Both the position numbers and the translations under genes were made by a program. From positions 256,001 through 320,000 of the forward strand of contig OY775910.1 of assembly GCA_963675245.1 (NCBI GenBank): DNA of 64,000 bases, read 5' to 3'. Under the pieces are notes generated by a model. It was not told the DNA's origin, made no database searches, and saw only the letters and a program-made list of their open reading frames with translations. Positions 1 through 15,543 of this stretch are shown piece after piece. The stretch is from Acholeplasmataceae bacterium. Lineage in GTDB: Bacteria; Bacillota_I; Bacilli_A; Acholeplasmatales; Acholeplasmataceae. The first letter of the stretch is position 1. Each line of letters opens with the position of its first letter.

Positions 1-162
1 GATCATATCAGGAAATGAGCCTTCTTGATGCGGTTTGACCTGTTTGATATCCAGTTGATATGACAAATCATCATTATTAAGTTCATAAATATATAATGCA
101 TTTGATTGACCAAAATGCTCAGAGATTAAATGATTGTCCGCTGCTACGCCTATTTTCATCAT
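1..162 (-). CDS. NifB/NifX (FeMo-cofactor-binding) family protein, 5' part, runs off window
   Basis: Manual translation MMKIGVAADNHLISEHFGQSNALYIYEL...; MKIAV...SxHFG motif typical of the family. Confidence 0.7.
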   Translation of the reverse strand, partial: MMKIGVAADNHLISEHFGQSNALYIYELNNDDLSYQLDIKQVKPHQEGSFPDMI

Positions 163-169
163 CTTCACA

Positions 170-1243
170 TTAATTACCAAAGTCTGGCAAAATCAGACTT
201 AATCCATTATCACCTGAAATAACATCTGGCAGTTGACCATCCCATGTATCATAATATAATTGCGATAAAATAATCTCAGATATTTCTTGAATGGTTAAGT
301 AACCAGCTACTGTTAAACCGGCAGCAATATCTGCTTCAAAATCAAGTTTTTCTTGACTGGTTTCAAATTGACCAGCATACATATTATTAATTGCATTTAC
401 AGTTGCAGAATTCAATAATGCTTGTGCTTCTGCATCAGCTTCTGCTCTAATCACTGCAACTTGAGCTTCATTATTAGCCACAATAATGGCTGTTTCTGCT
501 TCAACCTTTGCTCTTTCTTGCTGTTGTTCTGCAATTTCAATCTCTTTAGCGGCGACCGCTTCTTGTTCAACCGCACTTTCAATGGTGTCACCAGCATCGA
601 CATCAGCGATCGTAAATGATTCTACTGTGATTCCTAATGCAGCAAGTGAATCTTTTAAATCAGTTTCTGTACCTTCTCTAACATCGACTAATCCACCTTT
701 TAAAATGGTATAAACATCAAATTGGGCACTGTTGGTTTGTAAATCTTTTTTAACACGTGCTTCTACTGTAGAAATGGTTGAAGTAGTACTACCAAAACTA
801 CGATAAAAACGATGTGCATTTATCGTTTCAACGCGATATTGAAGAGTTACTTTATAAGTCACCCATTGACCACCACCAACTTCTTCAAGTTCTCCAAACT
901 CATTTTCACTATATATTACACCTGTTTGAGCAGATAATACAAAACTTTCTTCTCTCAACTTGGTTGAAATATTATAAACTTGTACCCAAGGTGCTTTAAA
1001 ATGCAACCCTTCACTTAGTGATGCATCCTGAATACCACCCTCAAAAGGATCATAAACAATACCAACTTCATTACCATTGACTTGAACAAAACAACCAAAT
1101 AAAATGATGAATAGCCCAAATAATGAATACAACTGACGCATGCTTGTTTTGAACTCATATTGTCCCTTAACAACACCTCTTTTAAGCCCTAATGAAACAA
1201 ATAAAACAATGACGACTATAACTGAAAATATAATATACCCCAC
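170..1243 (-). CDS. SPFH/prohibitin (band 7) family membrane protein
   Basis: N-terminal TM segments, EGLHFKAPW motif, Ala/Glu-rich coiled coil, WDGQLP near C-terminus. Confidence 0.85.
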   Translation of the reverse strand: MGYIIFSVIVVIVLFVSLGLKRGVVKGQYEFKTSMRQLYSLFGLFIILFGCFVQVNGNEVGIVYDPFEGGIQDASLSEGLHFKAPWVQVYNISTKLREESFVLSAQTGVIYSENEFGELEEVGGGQWVTYKVTLQYRVETINAHRFYRSFGSTTSTISTVEARVKKDLQTNSAQFDVYTILKGGLVDVREGTETDLKDSLAALGITVESFTIADVDAGDTIESAVEQEAVAAKEIEIAEQQQERAKVEAETAIIVANNEAQVAVIRAEADAEAQALLNSATVNAINNMYAGQFETSQEKLDFEADIAAGLTVAGYLTIQEISEIILSQLYYDTWDGQLPDVISGDNGLSLILPDFGN

Positions 1244-1270
1244 ACTCTTATTCTCCTTAATTATTTATTA

Positions 1271-1301
1271 TAAAAAAACAGTTGATTTATCATCACTGTT
1301 T
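1271..1301 (-). terminator. Intrinsic terminator after alaS-ruvX-DUF1292
   Basis: AAACAGT...ACTGTTT stem with A-run (U-tract on minus strand). Confidence 0.5.
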
Positions 1302-1311
1302 ATTTATTAAT

Positions 1312-1578
1312 TTATGCTTCCTCTTCTAAATCATCATAAAACTTTTCTAAAACTTGTTCCAACATGTCCCATTCTTCATCGGTCTCAATGTCAGAAAATA
1401 CACCTTCACTTTCATCATCAACATCTGGTGTATATATCGCTGCAGTAACTTCTTCTGAATCTAAAACTTCAAAAACAACATATTTTTTTCCATTTGCTTC
1501 ATGTGTAAATAGAATTTCACACACTGTTTCCTCACCATTATCATCAACTAATGTGAGTTGTTTATCTTCGCTTAGCAT
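1312..1578 (-). CDS. DUF1292 (YrzB-like) acidic protein
   Basis: LVDDNGEE..CEILFT, IETDEEW motifs; usual position after ruvX. Confidence 0.85.
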   Translation of the reverse strand: MLSEDKQLTLVDDNGEETVCEILFTHEANGKKYVVFEVLDSEEVTAAIYTPDVDDESEGVFSDIETDEEWDMLEQVLEKFYDDLEEEA

Positions 1579-1579
1579 A

Positions 1580-1999
1580 TTATGCCCCCTTATAATTTAA
1601 ATAACTTTGTAAAATAACGACAGCCGCCATTTCATCTTTTTTCTTTTTTTGTTTTTTCCGTGATTGATTGCCAGCAATCATCGCGTTAACTGCTGATTTT
1701 GTAGATAGTCTTTCATCCCATAATACAACACTCATATTTAGTTTAGATTCAATGCTTTTTTTGACATCTTCACTAATCTTACCCCGGATACCTACATCAT
1801 TATTCATATGTTTGGGATAACCCAAAACTACCACGTCAATATGTTCCAATTTTACCACATTTATGATTTTTTTAACGGCTTCCTCATACATTTCATCGAA
1901 AAAATGTAATGTATCATATTTTTCAGCAATGATTCCAGAGTTTGAAATTGCTAATCCAATCGTTTTACTTCCTAAATCAACACCTAAATATTTTTTCAT
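1580..1999 (-). CDS. ruvX: RuvX/YqgF family nuclease (pre-16S rRNA processing)
   Basis: LGVDLGSKTIGLA, WDERLST, AAVVILQSYL motifs. Confidence 0.93.
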   Translation of the reverse strand: MKKYLGVDLGSKTIGLAISNSGIIAEKYDTLHFFDEMYEEAVKKIINVVKLEHIDVVVLGYPKHMNNDVGIRGKISEDVKKSIESKLNMSVVLWDERLSTKSAVNAMIAGNQSRKKQKKKKDEMAAVVILQSYLNYKGA

Positions 2000-4578
2000 A
2001 ATTGATCCTTAATTATCTTAATCATCTCATTTACCTTTGACAAATCCTGTGTGCCACCTTGCGCCATATTACCACGACCCCCACCGCGACCATTTGTGAG
2101 TGAGCAAGCGAGTTTGACAAGGTCTGCTGCTTTTTCTGATGCGCTCTTTGAGATGAAGGTTGCTTTATCATCTGTGACATTGACAAGTAGAATCGTATCC
2201 GCCTTTATTCTATCATAAATCGCATCAGTGAGTTGTTTCAATATCTTTGACTCAATGTCTTTTGTCACAATGACTTGTGATTTTGATTCAAAGTCATCAA
2301 TAAATTGGTCAACATCTTTTAGTACATCTTCAGACTGTTTTCTAAATATTTCTTTTTCAGCTTCTTTTAGCGCATGTTGAAGACGTTCAACATAAGCTCT
2401 GTAATTAATGATATCTTGATAGCTACCGATAACCTCTGGTGCTTGTTCCATGTGATCTTTCACGCCAACACGTGTTGCCTTATCCATTAATGCATCAATC
2501 TCTACTAAGAAAGAATCAATGAATGATGTCATTTGACCTTTTAAATCTGTCCCTGTAACACCTTCCATACGGTAGATCCCAGAGCCAATCGATTCATAAG
2601 AACAAATCGCGAAATCAATAATCTCTTTTGTATTTTTAACGTGCGTACCACCACATAATTCTTTTGACCATCCCATGTCAACGACACGGACAACATCCCC
2701 ATATTTTTCACCAAAAAGTGCCATCGCGCCAAGTTTTTTCGCTTCTTCAATTGGCATTTCTTTAATGCGTACATCAAGTGGTTTTTCTTTGATATAGTGT
2801 TTTACAAGTTTTTCAACTTCTAAAATACGTTTATCTGGCTCAGTTTCATAATGGTTAAAGTCAAATCGCCAACTCTTAGGACTCACTTGAGAGCCTTGTT
2901 GATTCGCATGTTTGCCAAAAATGTCTTTTATCGCTTGGTGGAATAAATGTGCTGCACTATGATTTCTAATTGTTTTTAAACGTGCTTTCGCATCTACAAT
3001 CGCGAGTACTTCTTCACCTTCTTCAAAGTCTCCTTCAACTTGGTGAATAAACTGTCCATTAGGCAGCTTAGAGACATCCGTTACCTTTAGACCATTAATT
3101 GTACCTGTATCAGCGACCTGTCCTCCAGAGGTTGCGTAAAATGGTGTTTGTTCTAACACAATACCATCATCAAACACTTTAATCACTGACGTGTTTGTCT
3201 GTAAGACATCATAACCAATAAATTTAGACGATTCAGTGAAATTAAGATACGCTTCATCCTGTGCTTTCATACTCTTCTTTGTAGATCTTGCATTTCTAGA
3301 ACGTTCTTTTTGTTTTTGAAGTTCTAAATCAAAATCCTCACGATTGACTTTAACACCTTGTTCTTCAGCCATTTCAATCGTTAACTCAATAGGGAAACCA
3401 TACGTGTCATATAATTTAAAGGCTGTTTCACCACTTAAGGTTTTACCTTCTTTTTGAATGGCATCTAATAAATGCTTTTCGCCTTCACTAATCGTCGCGA
3501 TAAATTTTTCTTCTTCTTTTTTAACAATATCCTTGACGATATTTTTGGTGTCATAAAGGCGATCATAAAAGACACCCATCATCTCTACAACATCATCTAC
3601 TAAGATATATAAGAATGGGTCGTTTAAGCCTAAGAAACGTCCATGTTTAACTGCTCTTCTTAGAAGTCTTCTTAACACATAACCACGACCTTCATTAGAA
3701 AGCATCGCACCATCAGAGATAGCGAATGTTAATGCCTTAATATGATCAGCAATCACTTTAAATGACATTTGTCCTTCATATGTCACGCCTGATAATTTTT
3801 CGATATGTTTAATGATTGGGAAAAATAAATCCGTTTCAAAATTTGTTTCAGTGCCTTGAATGACACAGGCAAATCGTTCTAGACCTGCACCAGTATCAAT
3901 ATTTTTTTGTGGTAGTTCAGGATAATCTGCACGGTCTAATTTGCCAGGATTCGCATTAAACTGTGAAAAAACGATATTCCAAATTTCAATATAACGTTCA
4001 TTTTCAATATCCTGTTCAATGAGTTCAATACCACGTTTATCATAAGACTCACCACGATCAAAAAATATTTCCGTGTCTGGTCCTGATGGACCAGGTCCTA
4101 TTTCCCAGAAATTACCTTCATTTGGGATGAGATGTGATGGATCCATCCCCATCTCAATCCAATAGTTTTTGGTGTTTTCATCATCAGGATAATAGGTCAC
4201 ATATAACTTTTCTTTAGGCATTCCAAACCACTTAGGATCCGTTAATAATTCAAATCCATACTTTACAGCGTCTTCTTTAAAATAATCACCAATCGAAAAA
4301 TTACCAAGCATCTCAAAGAATGTATGGTGTCTCGCTGTTTTACCAACATTATCAATGTCATTGGTGCGAATGCACTTTTGAACATTAGCAAGCCTTGGAC
4401 TGCTAGGCACTTCTGAACCATCAAAATATTTCTTTAACGGAGCAACACCTGCATTTATCCATAATAATGTTGGGTCATTTTGGGGAATTAAAGAAGCAGA
4501 TTCTTCAATTACGTGTTTTTTAGAAACAAAGAAGTTCAACCATGTTTCTCTTATTTCTTTTGCTGTCATATAGCGCAT
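1996..4578 (-). CDS. alaS: Alanine--tRNA ligase
   Basis: HHTFFEMLGNFS, NIDTGAGLER, ELCGGTH editing motif, C-terminal GGG..MAQGG. Confidence 0.98.
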   Translation of the reverse strand: MRYMTAKEIRETWLNFFVSKKHVIEESASLIPQNDPTLLWINAGVAPLKKYFDGSEVPSSPRLANVQKCIRTNDIDNVGKTARHHTFFEMLGNFSIGDYFKEDAVKYGFELLTDPKWFGMPKEKLYVTYYPDDENTKNYWIEMGMDPSHLIPNEGNFWEIGPGPSGPDTEIFFDRGESYDKRGIELIEQDIENERYIEIWNIVFSQFNANPGKLDRADYPELPQKNIDTGAGLERFACVIQGTETNFETDLFFPIIKHIEKLSGVTYEGQMSFKVIADHIKALTFAISDGAMLSNEGRGYVLRRLLRRAVKHGRFLGLNDPFLYILVDDVVEMMGVFYDRLYDTKNIVKDIVKKEEEKFIATISEGEKHLLDAIQKEGKTLSGETAFKLYDTYGFPIELTIEMAEEQGVKVNREDFDLELQKQKERSRNARSTKKSMKAQDEAYLNFTESSKFIGYDVLQTNTSVIKVFDDGIVLEQTPFYATSGGQVADTGTINGLKVTDVSKLPNGQFIHQVEGDFEEGEEVLAIVDAKARLKTIRNHSAAHLFHQAIKDIFGKHANQQGSQVSPKSWRFDFNHYETEPDKRILEVEKLVKHYIKEKPLDVRIKEMPIEEAKKLGAMALFGEKYGDVVRVVDMGWSKELCGGTHVKNTKEIIDFAICSYESIGSGIYRMEGVTGTDLKGQMTSFIDSFLVEIDALMDKATRVGVKDHMEQAPEVIGSYQDIINYRAYVERLQHALKEAEKEIFRKQSEDVLKDVDQFIDDFESKSQVIVTKDIESKILKQLTDAIYDRIKADTILLVNVTDDKATFISKSASEKAADLVKLACSLTNGRGGGRGNMAQGGTQDLSKVNEMIKIIKDQL

Positions 4579-4594
4579 ATCAACGCCTCCTTCA

Positions 4595-4797
4595 AAAATA
4601 AAAGCCCTCAGATAAAATATCTAAGGACGAATCATCGCGGTACCACCTTAGTTCTAGAATTTCTTCTAGCCCTCAAAACCGTTATAGCCGGTATACTGTT
4701 TGCTCCAGAATTAGCATTCATAGGGTCTTTATATCCGTTCTCAGCTCATCGGACTCTCTGTGATAATTTCACTACTACTAGGATTCTTTCATCGCTC
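4595..4797 (-). promoter_or_regulatory. T-box riboswitch leader (Ala)
   Basis: Minus strand AAGGTGGTACCGCG at 4636-4649; stem I AGAGA/GCTGAGA motifs; likely specifier GCT (Ala) at 4713-4715; terminator before alaS. Confidence 0.92.
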
Positions 4798-4846
4798 ACT
4801 TTATTCTAACATGTTTATGTTTTGATAGCAAGATATCAAAATCAAA

Positions 4847-5290
4847 TTATAGATTATCTGCTTCCATCAAAAAGTGCCATACATCTTCTTCAATAAATGG
4901 TTCTGATATGACTTTAAATCCTAATGAAGCATAATAATCTTTTAAATACGCTTGCGCATGAATCACAAACTTCTCACCCTTATGTTCTAACATAACAGCT
5001 TTAATCAGTTTAGAAGCTAAACCTTGATGTCTAAATCTCTTTTCAGTAACGAGTCTACCAAAACTCTTCGCACCTACATCATAAGCATGTGGTGGTAAGA
5101 ATCTTAAATAACTCACGATTCTACCATCTCTTTTAATGAAATAATGATCACATTGATGATCTTTAAAGTCTGTATCTACATAAATGATATGTTGTTCTTC
5201 AATGAAAATCGTCATTCTTAAATTGAGGATTTCATATAATTCATCTGGTGTGAGTTCACTAAATGATTTTTTTACGATGTCTTCATACAT
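4847..5290 (-). CDS. GNAT acetyltransferase, ElaA-like
   Basis: FSELTPDELYEILNLR, FRHQGLA, HAQAYLKDYYASLGF. Confidence 0.88.
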   Translation of the reverse strand: MYEDIVKKSFSELTPDELYEILNLRMTIFIEEQHIIYVDTDFKDHQCDHYFIKRDGRIVSYLRFLPPHAYDVGAKSFGRLVTEKRFRHQGLASKLIKAVMLEHKGEKFVIHAQAYLKDYYASLGFKVISEPFIEEDVWHFLMEADNL

Positions 5291-6123
5291 AATTTAAATA
5301 CATAGGGTGCACCTAAAGCAGCCCAAACTCCTATCAATAAATATCTTATAAAATCAAAGATTAATAATTCAGGGAAAATGAATTTTAATCCTTCTTTTAT
5401 ACCTAATACTATAACAAGACCAACAATAACTTTCAATACTTGTGTCCAAAAAGGTGCTTTGACATCTAATTTCACATATCTCTTTTCAACAAAATATCCA
5501 GCTGCAAACCCCACATAAGCCCCTGCTGCGACGAATAAATCATGATCTGGAAATAAGATCATCACAACCGGCACAATAGGCATCAAGATGAATGTCCACC
5601 ATTCTTCTTTGTCACCCATTAAATCGATGAGTTTATCAATGAAATAAGCGAATCCTAATCCAACAACCAACCCTAAAATAACGTCAGATAAATAGTGTTG
5701 TCCTAAATACATTCTTGAAAAAGGAACTAATATCATGATGGCGATTGCGACATAAGATAACCACTTTAATTTTTGTTTTTTCGCTACCTTTAAACCGGTA
5801 TATCCTAAGACACCTGCAGCTGTTGCGTGACCACTAGGAAGAGAGTAACCACTTGTGTAATAATCAAATGGCACAGTGACACCTGCTTCACTATAAGGTC
5901 TTGGTCTTTTAAATACATTTTTTAATATGAAACTAAAAAGGGATGCGATCATATACATCAGTGCGAAGCGATGTGCAAACTTCTTATTCATCGTCCAGTA
6001 AATAATCACCGCGACGATAATAAAGAAATATTGGTCACCAATATAGGTGATGATATAAAACAACCAATCAAAAAATGGGTTTCTAATGAGTTGTATCCCT
6101 TTAATAATCTCCAAATCAATCAT
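5272..6123 (-). CDS. PAP2-family membrane phosphatase
   Basis: KxxxxRPRP, PSGH and SRMYLGQHY catalytic motifs. Confidence 0.92.
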   Translation of the reverse strand: MIDLEIIKGIQLIRNPFFDWLFYIITYIGDQYFFIIVAVIIYWTMNKKFAHRFALMYMIASLFSFILKNVFKRPRPYSEAGVTVPFDYYTSGYSLPSGHATAAGVLGYTGLKVAKKQKLKWLSYVAIAIMILVPFSRMYLGQHYLSDVILGLVVGLGFAYFIDKLIDLMGDKEEWWTFILMPIVPVVMILFPDHDLFVAAGAYVGFAAGYFVEKRYVKLDVKAPFWTQVLKVIVGLVIVLGIKEGLKFIFPELLIFDFIRYLLIGVWAALGAPYVFKLCMKTS

Positions 6124-7007
6124 GATTTATCCTTTTTCCTTTTAATCACTTCATCTTCATCTGCTCTAGTCAAAATGATACGTTTAAAACCATCTGGTTT
6201 GTCCCATGTATTTAATAATCTATTATAAATACCTTTTTGTTCAAGTTTTTCTAACATGTAGTTGGCTAAACAAACACCATAATCTACGCGTTTAGGGACT
6301 TTATCAATATCGAAATCCATGATATCTAGACCAATTATGTCAAATAATTTATATTGTTGGATATCAACTAATAAAACATCATATTTTTCATAATCTTTCG
6401 GTTTATATTTACCAAAAATGGGGACTGCAATAATAATATCACAGCCTTGATCAATGAGTGGTTGTATAGGGACGGGATCAAGCGTTCCACCATCTACAAA
6501 TGTTTCTTCTTTAAAATCATCTGGACCAAAGACAATCGGAATGGATGCACTAGCAAGTGCTGCTTGATGAGGATCCACTTCATCATTTAAATTGAATACC
6601 ACTTTTTCCATGCGATTAATCAATACTTGATCAATTAATGTCTTCTTATTGATCTTCGCAGCTGTCGCGAATCCTTGAATGTTCGATTGTCTAATTTCAT
6701 CAAGTGTGACAGCACTAGCGAATGTATCATATAATTCTTGAAGTGAAAAAATACCTAATTTATCTAATTTAAGTCTTGATTGCGTACCAAAAATAACTGA
6801 CTTGTCAATGGTTGTCCAAAGGTCATACATTCTTTCATATGAAATACCTGCCATCACCATCAGTGCATGTATGGCACCAATTGATGTGCCTGATACAACG
6901 CTGATATCTTGCATGATGCCAGCGTCCATGAGTGCTTTAATAACGCCAATTTGAAAACTGCCTCTAGCACCCCCACCACCTAAGGCTAGTCCAATTTTAT
7001 GTGCCAT
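6120..7007 (-). CDS. Patatin-like phospholipase
   Basis: GGGARG, GTSIG, DGG motifs. Confidence 0.92.
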   Translation of the reverse strand: MAHKIGLALGGGGARGSFQIGVIKALMDAGIMQDISVVSGTSIGAIHALMVMAGISYERMYDLWTTIDKSVIFGTQSRLKLDKLGIFSLQELYDTFASAVTLDEIRQSNIQGFATAAKINKKTLIDQVLINRMEKVVFNLNDEVDPHQAALASASIPIVFGPDDFKEETFVDGGTLDPVPIQPLIDQGCDIIIAVPIFGKYKPKDYEKYDVLLVDIQQYKLFDIIGLDIMDFDIDKVPKRVDYGVCLANYMLEKLEQKGIYNRLLNTWDKPDGFKRIILTRADEDEVIKRKKDKS

Positions 7008-7443
7008 GTTTCAACACCTTTTTCATACGCATTGATGCATCTTTTTCTTTCATGATTTGTCGCTTGTCGTAATTCTTTTTACCTTTTGCTAATCCAATTT
7101 CCAATTTACATAAGCCCCCTTCTAAATAAACCTTTAATGGAATAACTGAATAACCTTGTTCTCTTGTTTTAGAAAATAATTTAGTAATTTCTTTTTTATG
7201 TAATAATATTTTTCTTGTTCTTGTTTCTTCATGATTAAATTGATTCGCTTCTTTATATTGAGAAATGTGCATGTTTAAAACAAAGGCTTCACCATTTCTA
7301 AATGTGACATAACTATCACTTAAGTTCACCTTGCCAGCACGAATCGATTTAATTTCACTACCGACGAGTTTGATACCCGCTTCATATGATTCTTCAATGA
7401 AGTAGTCATGTCTCGCCTTTTTGTTTTGTGCAATAAGCTTCAT
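6997..7443 (-). CDS. smpB: SsrA-binding protein
   Basis: [31 protein letters not shown]. Confidence 0.98.
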   Translation of the reverse strand: MKLIAQNKKARHDYFIEESYEAGIKLVGSEIKSIRAGKVNLSDSYVTFRNGEAFVLNMHISQYKEANQFNHEETRTRKILLHKKEITKLFSKTREQGYSVIPLKVYLEGGLCKLEIGLAKGKKNYDKRQIMKEKDASMRMKKVLKHGT

Positions 7444-7445
7444 CT

Positions 7446-9503
7446 TTACTTCCTTTTACGTAGTGTGTTTTTAGGTTTATTGTTTTTAGATGTTTGCGTC
7501 TGTTTGACTGGTCTTTTTTTAGATACAATACCAAAATCAACTTTACGTGATGTCATATCAACAGATAAAAGTTCAACTTCTACTTGATCACCTAAACGAT
7601 ACTTTTTACCCCGTCTTCCAATAAAGGATAGGATATCATCATTGTATATATAGTAATCGTCTAATAGTCTGAGTGGGACGAATCCTTCAATACCACTTTG
7701 TAGTTGTACAAACATACCGGTTGGCATCATTTGTGTAATGACGGCTTTATACTTTTCGCCGACCTTATTTTGTAAATACTCACAACTCTTTAACTTCGCA
7801 ACATCACGTTCTAACTGAATCGCGGAACGTTCTTGATCAGATGTGTGTTTCGCAACATCTGTCATGATATTTTCATAATGAGCCATCGCTTTATCGTAAT
7901 TAGATGCTTCACCTAACACAAATAAGTGGATAAGGCGATGTAGCATTAAATCTGGATAACGTCTAATCGGTGATGTGAAATGGGTATAATAGGTTGCTCC
8001 TAATCCAAAGTGAATGTCTAAGACATTGCTATACTTGGCTTTTTGCATCGCTCTTAAAAGTAACATATGAACAATTGGTCCATAAGGGGTATCTGAACTT
8101 CTCTTTGTAATATATTGGAGTGTTTTTGCTTCTCCTGCGTGTCTCATATTCGGTTGAAAGCCTAATTTAGCTACCGTTTGAAGTGCTGTTTTTAATTTCA
8201 CAATATCTGGTTTTTCATGTATCCGGTAAAGCGTAGGGACATCTAAGTGATACATATGTTCAGCGACAGTTTCATTTGCGATAAGCATAAATGATTCAAT
8301 TAGTTCTTCCGCGTCTTCTTGATGTCTTTCTTTAACGTCTATAACTTTACCTTGTTCATCAACGATGAACTTTAATTCAATAGATTCAAATTCGATTTCA
8401 CCACGTTGTTTTCTTAAAAGTGCTAACTTTTGAGATAACTCGTTCATGGTGATAATCATTTTTTCGATTGGTTTATTGTTTAATGATTTTCCCTTTTTAA
8501 GAAATTCATTGACTTCTGTGTAGTTCATTCTTCTATTTGATTCAATTACTGTTTTTTCGATACGATGATCAACAACCTTACCATCTTGATCAAGTGTCAT
8601 CAAACACGATAACGTAAGTTTTGGTTCATGGGCATTTAACGAACAATAATCGTTTGATAATAAGTGTGGTAACATAGGAATCACGCGATCAGCTAAATAG
8701 ACGGAGGTTGCTCTTTCATAAGCCGATTGATCAAGTAATGAGTCTGCTTTAACATATGATGAAACATCCGCGATATGGACACCTAACTCATAATGGTCAC
8801 CCACTTGTTTTAAACTGATGGCGTCATCTAAATCTTTCGCATCTAAGCCATCAATCGTAATGATCAGTTCTTCTCTTAAGTCAACTCTTGACTTGATTTC
8901 TTCATCCATATTAATGTTGATGTTTTTAAGGGATGCCATAACCTCATCAGAAAACTTTTCTGGCCATTCATAAGAAGAGACAATTCGAAGTGTATCGATA
9001 TCAGGATCATTAATATGACCAATAATGGTTTTAACATGGGCATAAACACCTGATGCATCAATCGTTTCAACTTCAAGTTGAACCACATGTCCTTCCACTA
9101 ATCCTTCAAAAGGATCAACAAATAAACGTCTATCTAAATACGCATCAGGACTAAAATATAATGCCTCTTTACGATTACGTTTAACAGTAGCATTTAAGAT
9201 TTTAAGTGCTCTTTGAACGATAGCAACGACGCGTGGTTCAAAGTACATTTGAACCAAAACGATATCATCATGCATCGCGTCAGATAAATTACTGCCTTCA
9301 ATGTAAACGTCTTTTAATTCTTGCCTTAAAAAACCGAACGTCTGTTTACGGTCTAGTCGACCAATCAGAATATCAGAATTTAAAATATAATATGGGTCAT
9401 CATATGTCACATATGGATGTAATGATAAATCCATGTCTGTCACATCATCTTTATGGAGTTTTCTTGTATGTTGTTCATAAAACATTAAATAGATTGGATG
9501 CAT
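7446..9503 (-). CDS. rnr: Ribonuclease R
   Basis: [26 protein letters not shown]1 domain, basic tail; adjacent to smpB. Confidence 0.95.
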   Translation of the reverse strand: MHPIYLMFYEQHTRKLHKDDVTDMDLSLHPYVTYDDPYYILNSDILIGRLDRKQTFGFLRQELKDVYIEGSNLSDAMHDDIVLVQMYFEPRVVAIVQRALKILNATVKRNRKEALYFSPDAYLDRRLFVDPFEGLVEGHVVQLEVETIDASGVYAHVKTIIGHINDPDIDTLRIVSSYEWPEKFSDEVMASLKNININMDEEIKSRVDLREELIITIDGLDAKDLDDAISLKQVGDHYELGVHIADVSSYVKADSLLDQSAYERATSVYLADRVIPMLPHLLSNDYCSLNAHEPKLTLSCLMTLDQDGKVVDHRIEKTVIESNRRMNYTEVNEFLKKGKSLNNKPIEKMIITMNELSQKLALLRKQRGEIEFESIELKFIVDEQGKVIDVKERHQEDAEELIESFMLIANETVAEHMYHLDVPTLYRIHEKPDIVKLKTALQTVAKLGFQPNMRHAGEAKTLQYITKRSSDTPYGPIVHMLLLRAMQKAKYSNVLDIHFGLGATYYTHFTSPIRRYPDLMLHRLIHLFVLGEASNYDKAMAHYENIMTDVAKHTSDQERSAIQLERDVAKLKSCEYLQNKVGEKYKAVITQMMPTGMFVQLQSGIEGFVPLRLLDDYYIYNDDILSFIGRRGKKYRLGDQVEVELLSVDMTSRKVDFGIVSKKRPVKQTQTSKNNKPKNTLRKRK

Positions 9504-9564
9504 GTTATTACCTCTCTTCTATTATAGCATAGTACATTGTCTCATTCGTGTATGAAATCGTTAA

Positions 9565-12374
<2,810 letters not shown>

Positions 12375-12417
12375 ATTTTAACATAGTCGGAAACATATAA
12401 ATAGTATACATCCTAAC

Positions 12418-12443
12418 AAAAAAAGGGACCGGAGTCCCTTTTA
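12418..12443. terminator. Intrinsic terminator after eno
   Basis: AAAAGGGAC-CGGA-GTCCCTTTT. Confidence 0.8.
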
Positions 12444-12455
12444 TCATTTCAATCT

Positions 12456-13778
<1,323 letters not shown>

Positions 13779-13888
13779 CTATTCGTTTAATTTACCATAA
13801 TCATTATACATGAACGCGTTATTAAATGAAAGAAATTTCATCAAAATAACGTTTTCTATTCAATTTCACACATGTTACACATGATTGA

Positions 13889-14377
13889 TCATCTTCTGAT
13901 GCTATATTGATAAGCATAATACAAGGATAATCCGAAAAATAGAAAGCTTAATATGCTACCAAAAATACTTGGACTAGAAAACCATAACCAAGGTAATAAA
14001 AACCGAAAATATGGTAGTGGATTAAGTAATTCTAAATACGTCATGATATCTGCATTATTGAATATAAATTCAACAGACGCATATGAGACAACATTCAAAA
14101 AATAAAAACCAATAATAAACGCAATGATGCTGATAACTGAAAACCAAATGTGATATTGGACATATGCGTTTCTAATACGTTTCGCTAAAAAGAAAGCCAT
14201 TAACATACATAGCATCCAAACTACTGACAATCCTGTTAAATACGTAATCAATAAATCTACTGCACCAATGAACAAACCACCTACAAACGCGACAAAAATG
14301 CCCTGCTTGATGACGGGCATTAAGTCTTCTTTATATAATGGTTGTCTAAATTTACCTTTTAAACTCACAAACAACAC
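13889..14377 (-). CDS. Hypothetical membrane protein (about 4 TM)
   Basis: Hydrophobic ORF with GAGGT RBS; no recognised motif. Confidence 0.6.
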   Translation of the reverse strand: MLFVSLKGKFRQPLYKEDLMPVIKQGIFVAFVGGLFIGAVDLLITYLTGLSVVWMLCMLMAFFLAKRIRNAYVQYHIWFSVISIIAFIIGFYFLNVVSYASVEFIFNNADIMTYLELLNPLPYFRFLLPWLWFSSPSIFGSILSFLFFGLSLYYAYQYSIRR

Positions 14378-14427
14378 CTCAATTTAATAATAGCATATAT
14401 AAATGATGTTAGGGATGTTTTTGTTAA

Positions 14428-15216
14428 TTACTTATCTGATTCTTCTTCTTTAGCAGGCAGATCGTTATGATGCGGTTCATGATGAGAGAAATCATGTTCA
14501 TATAGTATGGAAATACGCTTATACAAGAAGAATGTTATCACAGAAACGAGTACCGATAGCATGAGATTAAACGGAATGACAGCAAATAACAAATATGGTC
14601 CCATATATCGATCTGGCGTAATACCTGGAATCATGCTTAAAAATCCCAGTAACGCACTGACATCACCACCAAAGTAAAATTGAATATAAAATTCAAGTAT
14701 AAATAACCAGTTGACAATTGTTGCAACTAATGTCCACACTGCTGCACTAGCAGCCATACCAACAATCGCACTCTTCCTTGTTTTGTGGTGGTGATAGATG
14801 ATGGATGCCACTAATACAGTTAAGACACCAATAATCAAATCCATGATTTCACCAATACCTGCAGTTGATGTTGCTGGAAGTTTCGCTAAAAATCTAACGA
14901 CGACAATGAGCGATCCACTCACGGGACCAAACAAGAATCCACCAATCAAAATTGGTATATTAGAAAAATGAAATTCTAAAAAACTAGGTAAAAACGGTAG
15001 ACTAAACTTTGGAAAATAATACAACGCTACTGATAACCCAGATAAAATAGCAATCGCTGCCATTTTTTTAATCTTCTTGCTATTAGAAACATGACTTTTT
15101 TCATATTTTCTAGCAATGAAAACTAATACAAGTAATACGACAACAAATAGTCCTGCAACTATCCATTTAAATAACACTTGATGTGTTTGTAAAAACTCTA
15201 CGATTTGTCCAATCAT
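14428..15216 (-). CDS. ribU: ECF transporter S component, probable riboflavin transporter
   Basis: LPSFLEFHFSNIPILIGGFLFGP and PFNL signatures; FMN riboswitch directly upstream. Confidence 0.85.
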   Translation of the reverse strand: MIGQIVEFLQTHQVLFKWIVAGLFVVVLLVLVFIARKYEKSHVSNSKKIKKMAAIAILSGLSVALYYFPKFSLPFLPSFLEFHFSNIPILIGGFLFGPVSGSLIVVVRFLAKLPATSTAGIGEIMDLIIGVLTVLVASIIYHHHKTRKSAIVGMAASAAVWTLVATIVNWLFILEFYIQFYFGGDVSALLGFLSMIPGITPDRYMGPYLLFAVIPFNLMLSVLVSVITFFLYKRISILYEHDFSHHEPHHNDLPAKEEESDK

Positions 15217-15287
15217 AACTATGGTCTCCTTTAAAATAAAAATCGCCCATAGAATTCGGCGACAAAAAGTACGTCAAAAATGACTTA

Positions 15288-15394
15288 TACTTCTTCCATC
15301 CAGACTTTACTGTCGGTACCTGAATCTAACAGGTTCAACCAATTGGCTCGCGGACTATACCGCCGGTCCCGAATTACACGGTGCCCCGAAGTTC
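15288..15394 (-). promoter_or_regulatory. FMN (RFN) riboswitch
   Basis: Minus strand CTTCGGGGCACCGTGTAATTCGGGACCGGCGGT..AGTCCGCGA...CCGACAGTAAAGTCTGGATGGAAGAAG matches RFN consensus. Confidence 0.95.
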
Positions 15395-15543
15395 TATATT
15401 TATTATTACGCACTTATTTTAACACAATTTATATTAAATGCAATCAGTCACTGCAATTGAAAACGTTTTTTACGTATCCCGTTTTATGTTTACCTTGAAA
15501 AAAGGTATAATGTATATGGAAAAAGTAAAGGAGTTAATCATAT

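Noticed and set aside
1..162. Nitrogen fixation locus
   Set aside because: NifB/NifX-family domains are widespread in non-diazotrophs and no other nif gene is visible.
4513..4809. 98-aa plus-strand ORF
   Set aside because: Antisense to the alaS T-box leader and alaS start; no motif.
15280..15498. 72-aa plus-strand ORF
   Set aside because: Antisense to the FMN riboswitch.
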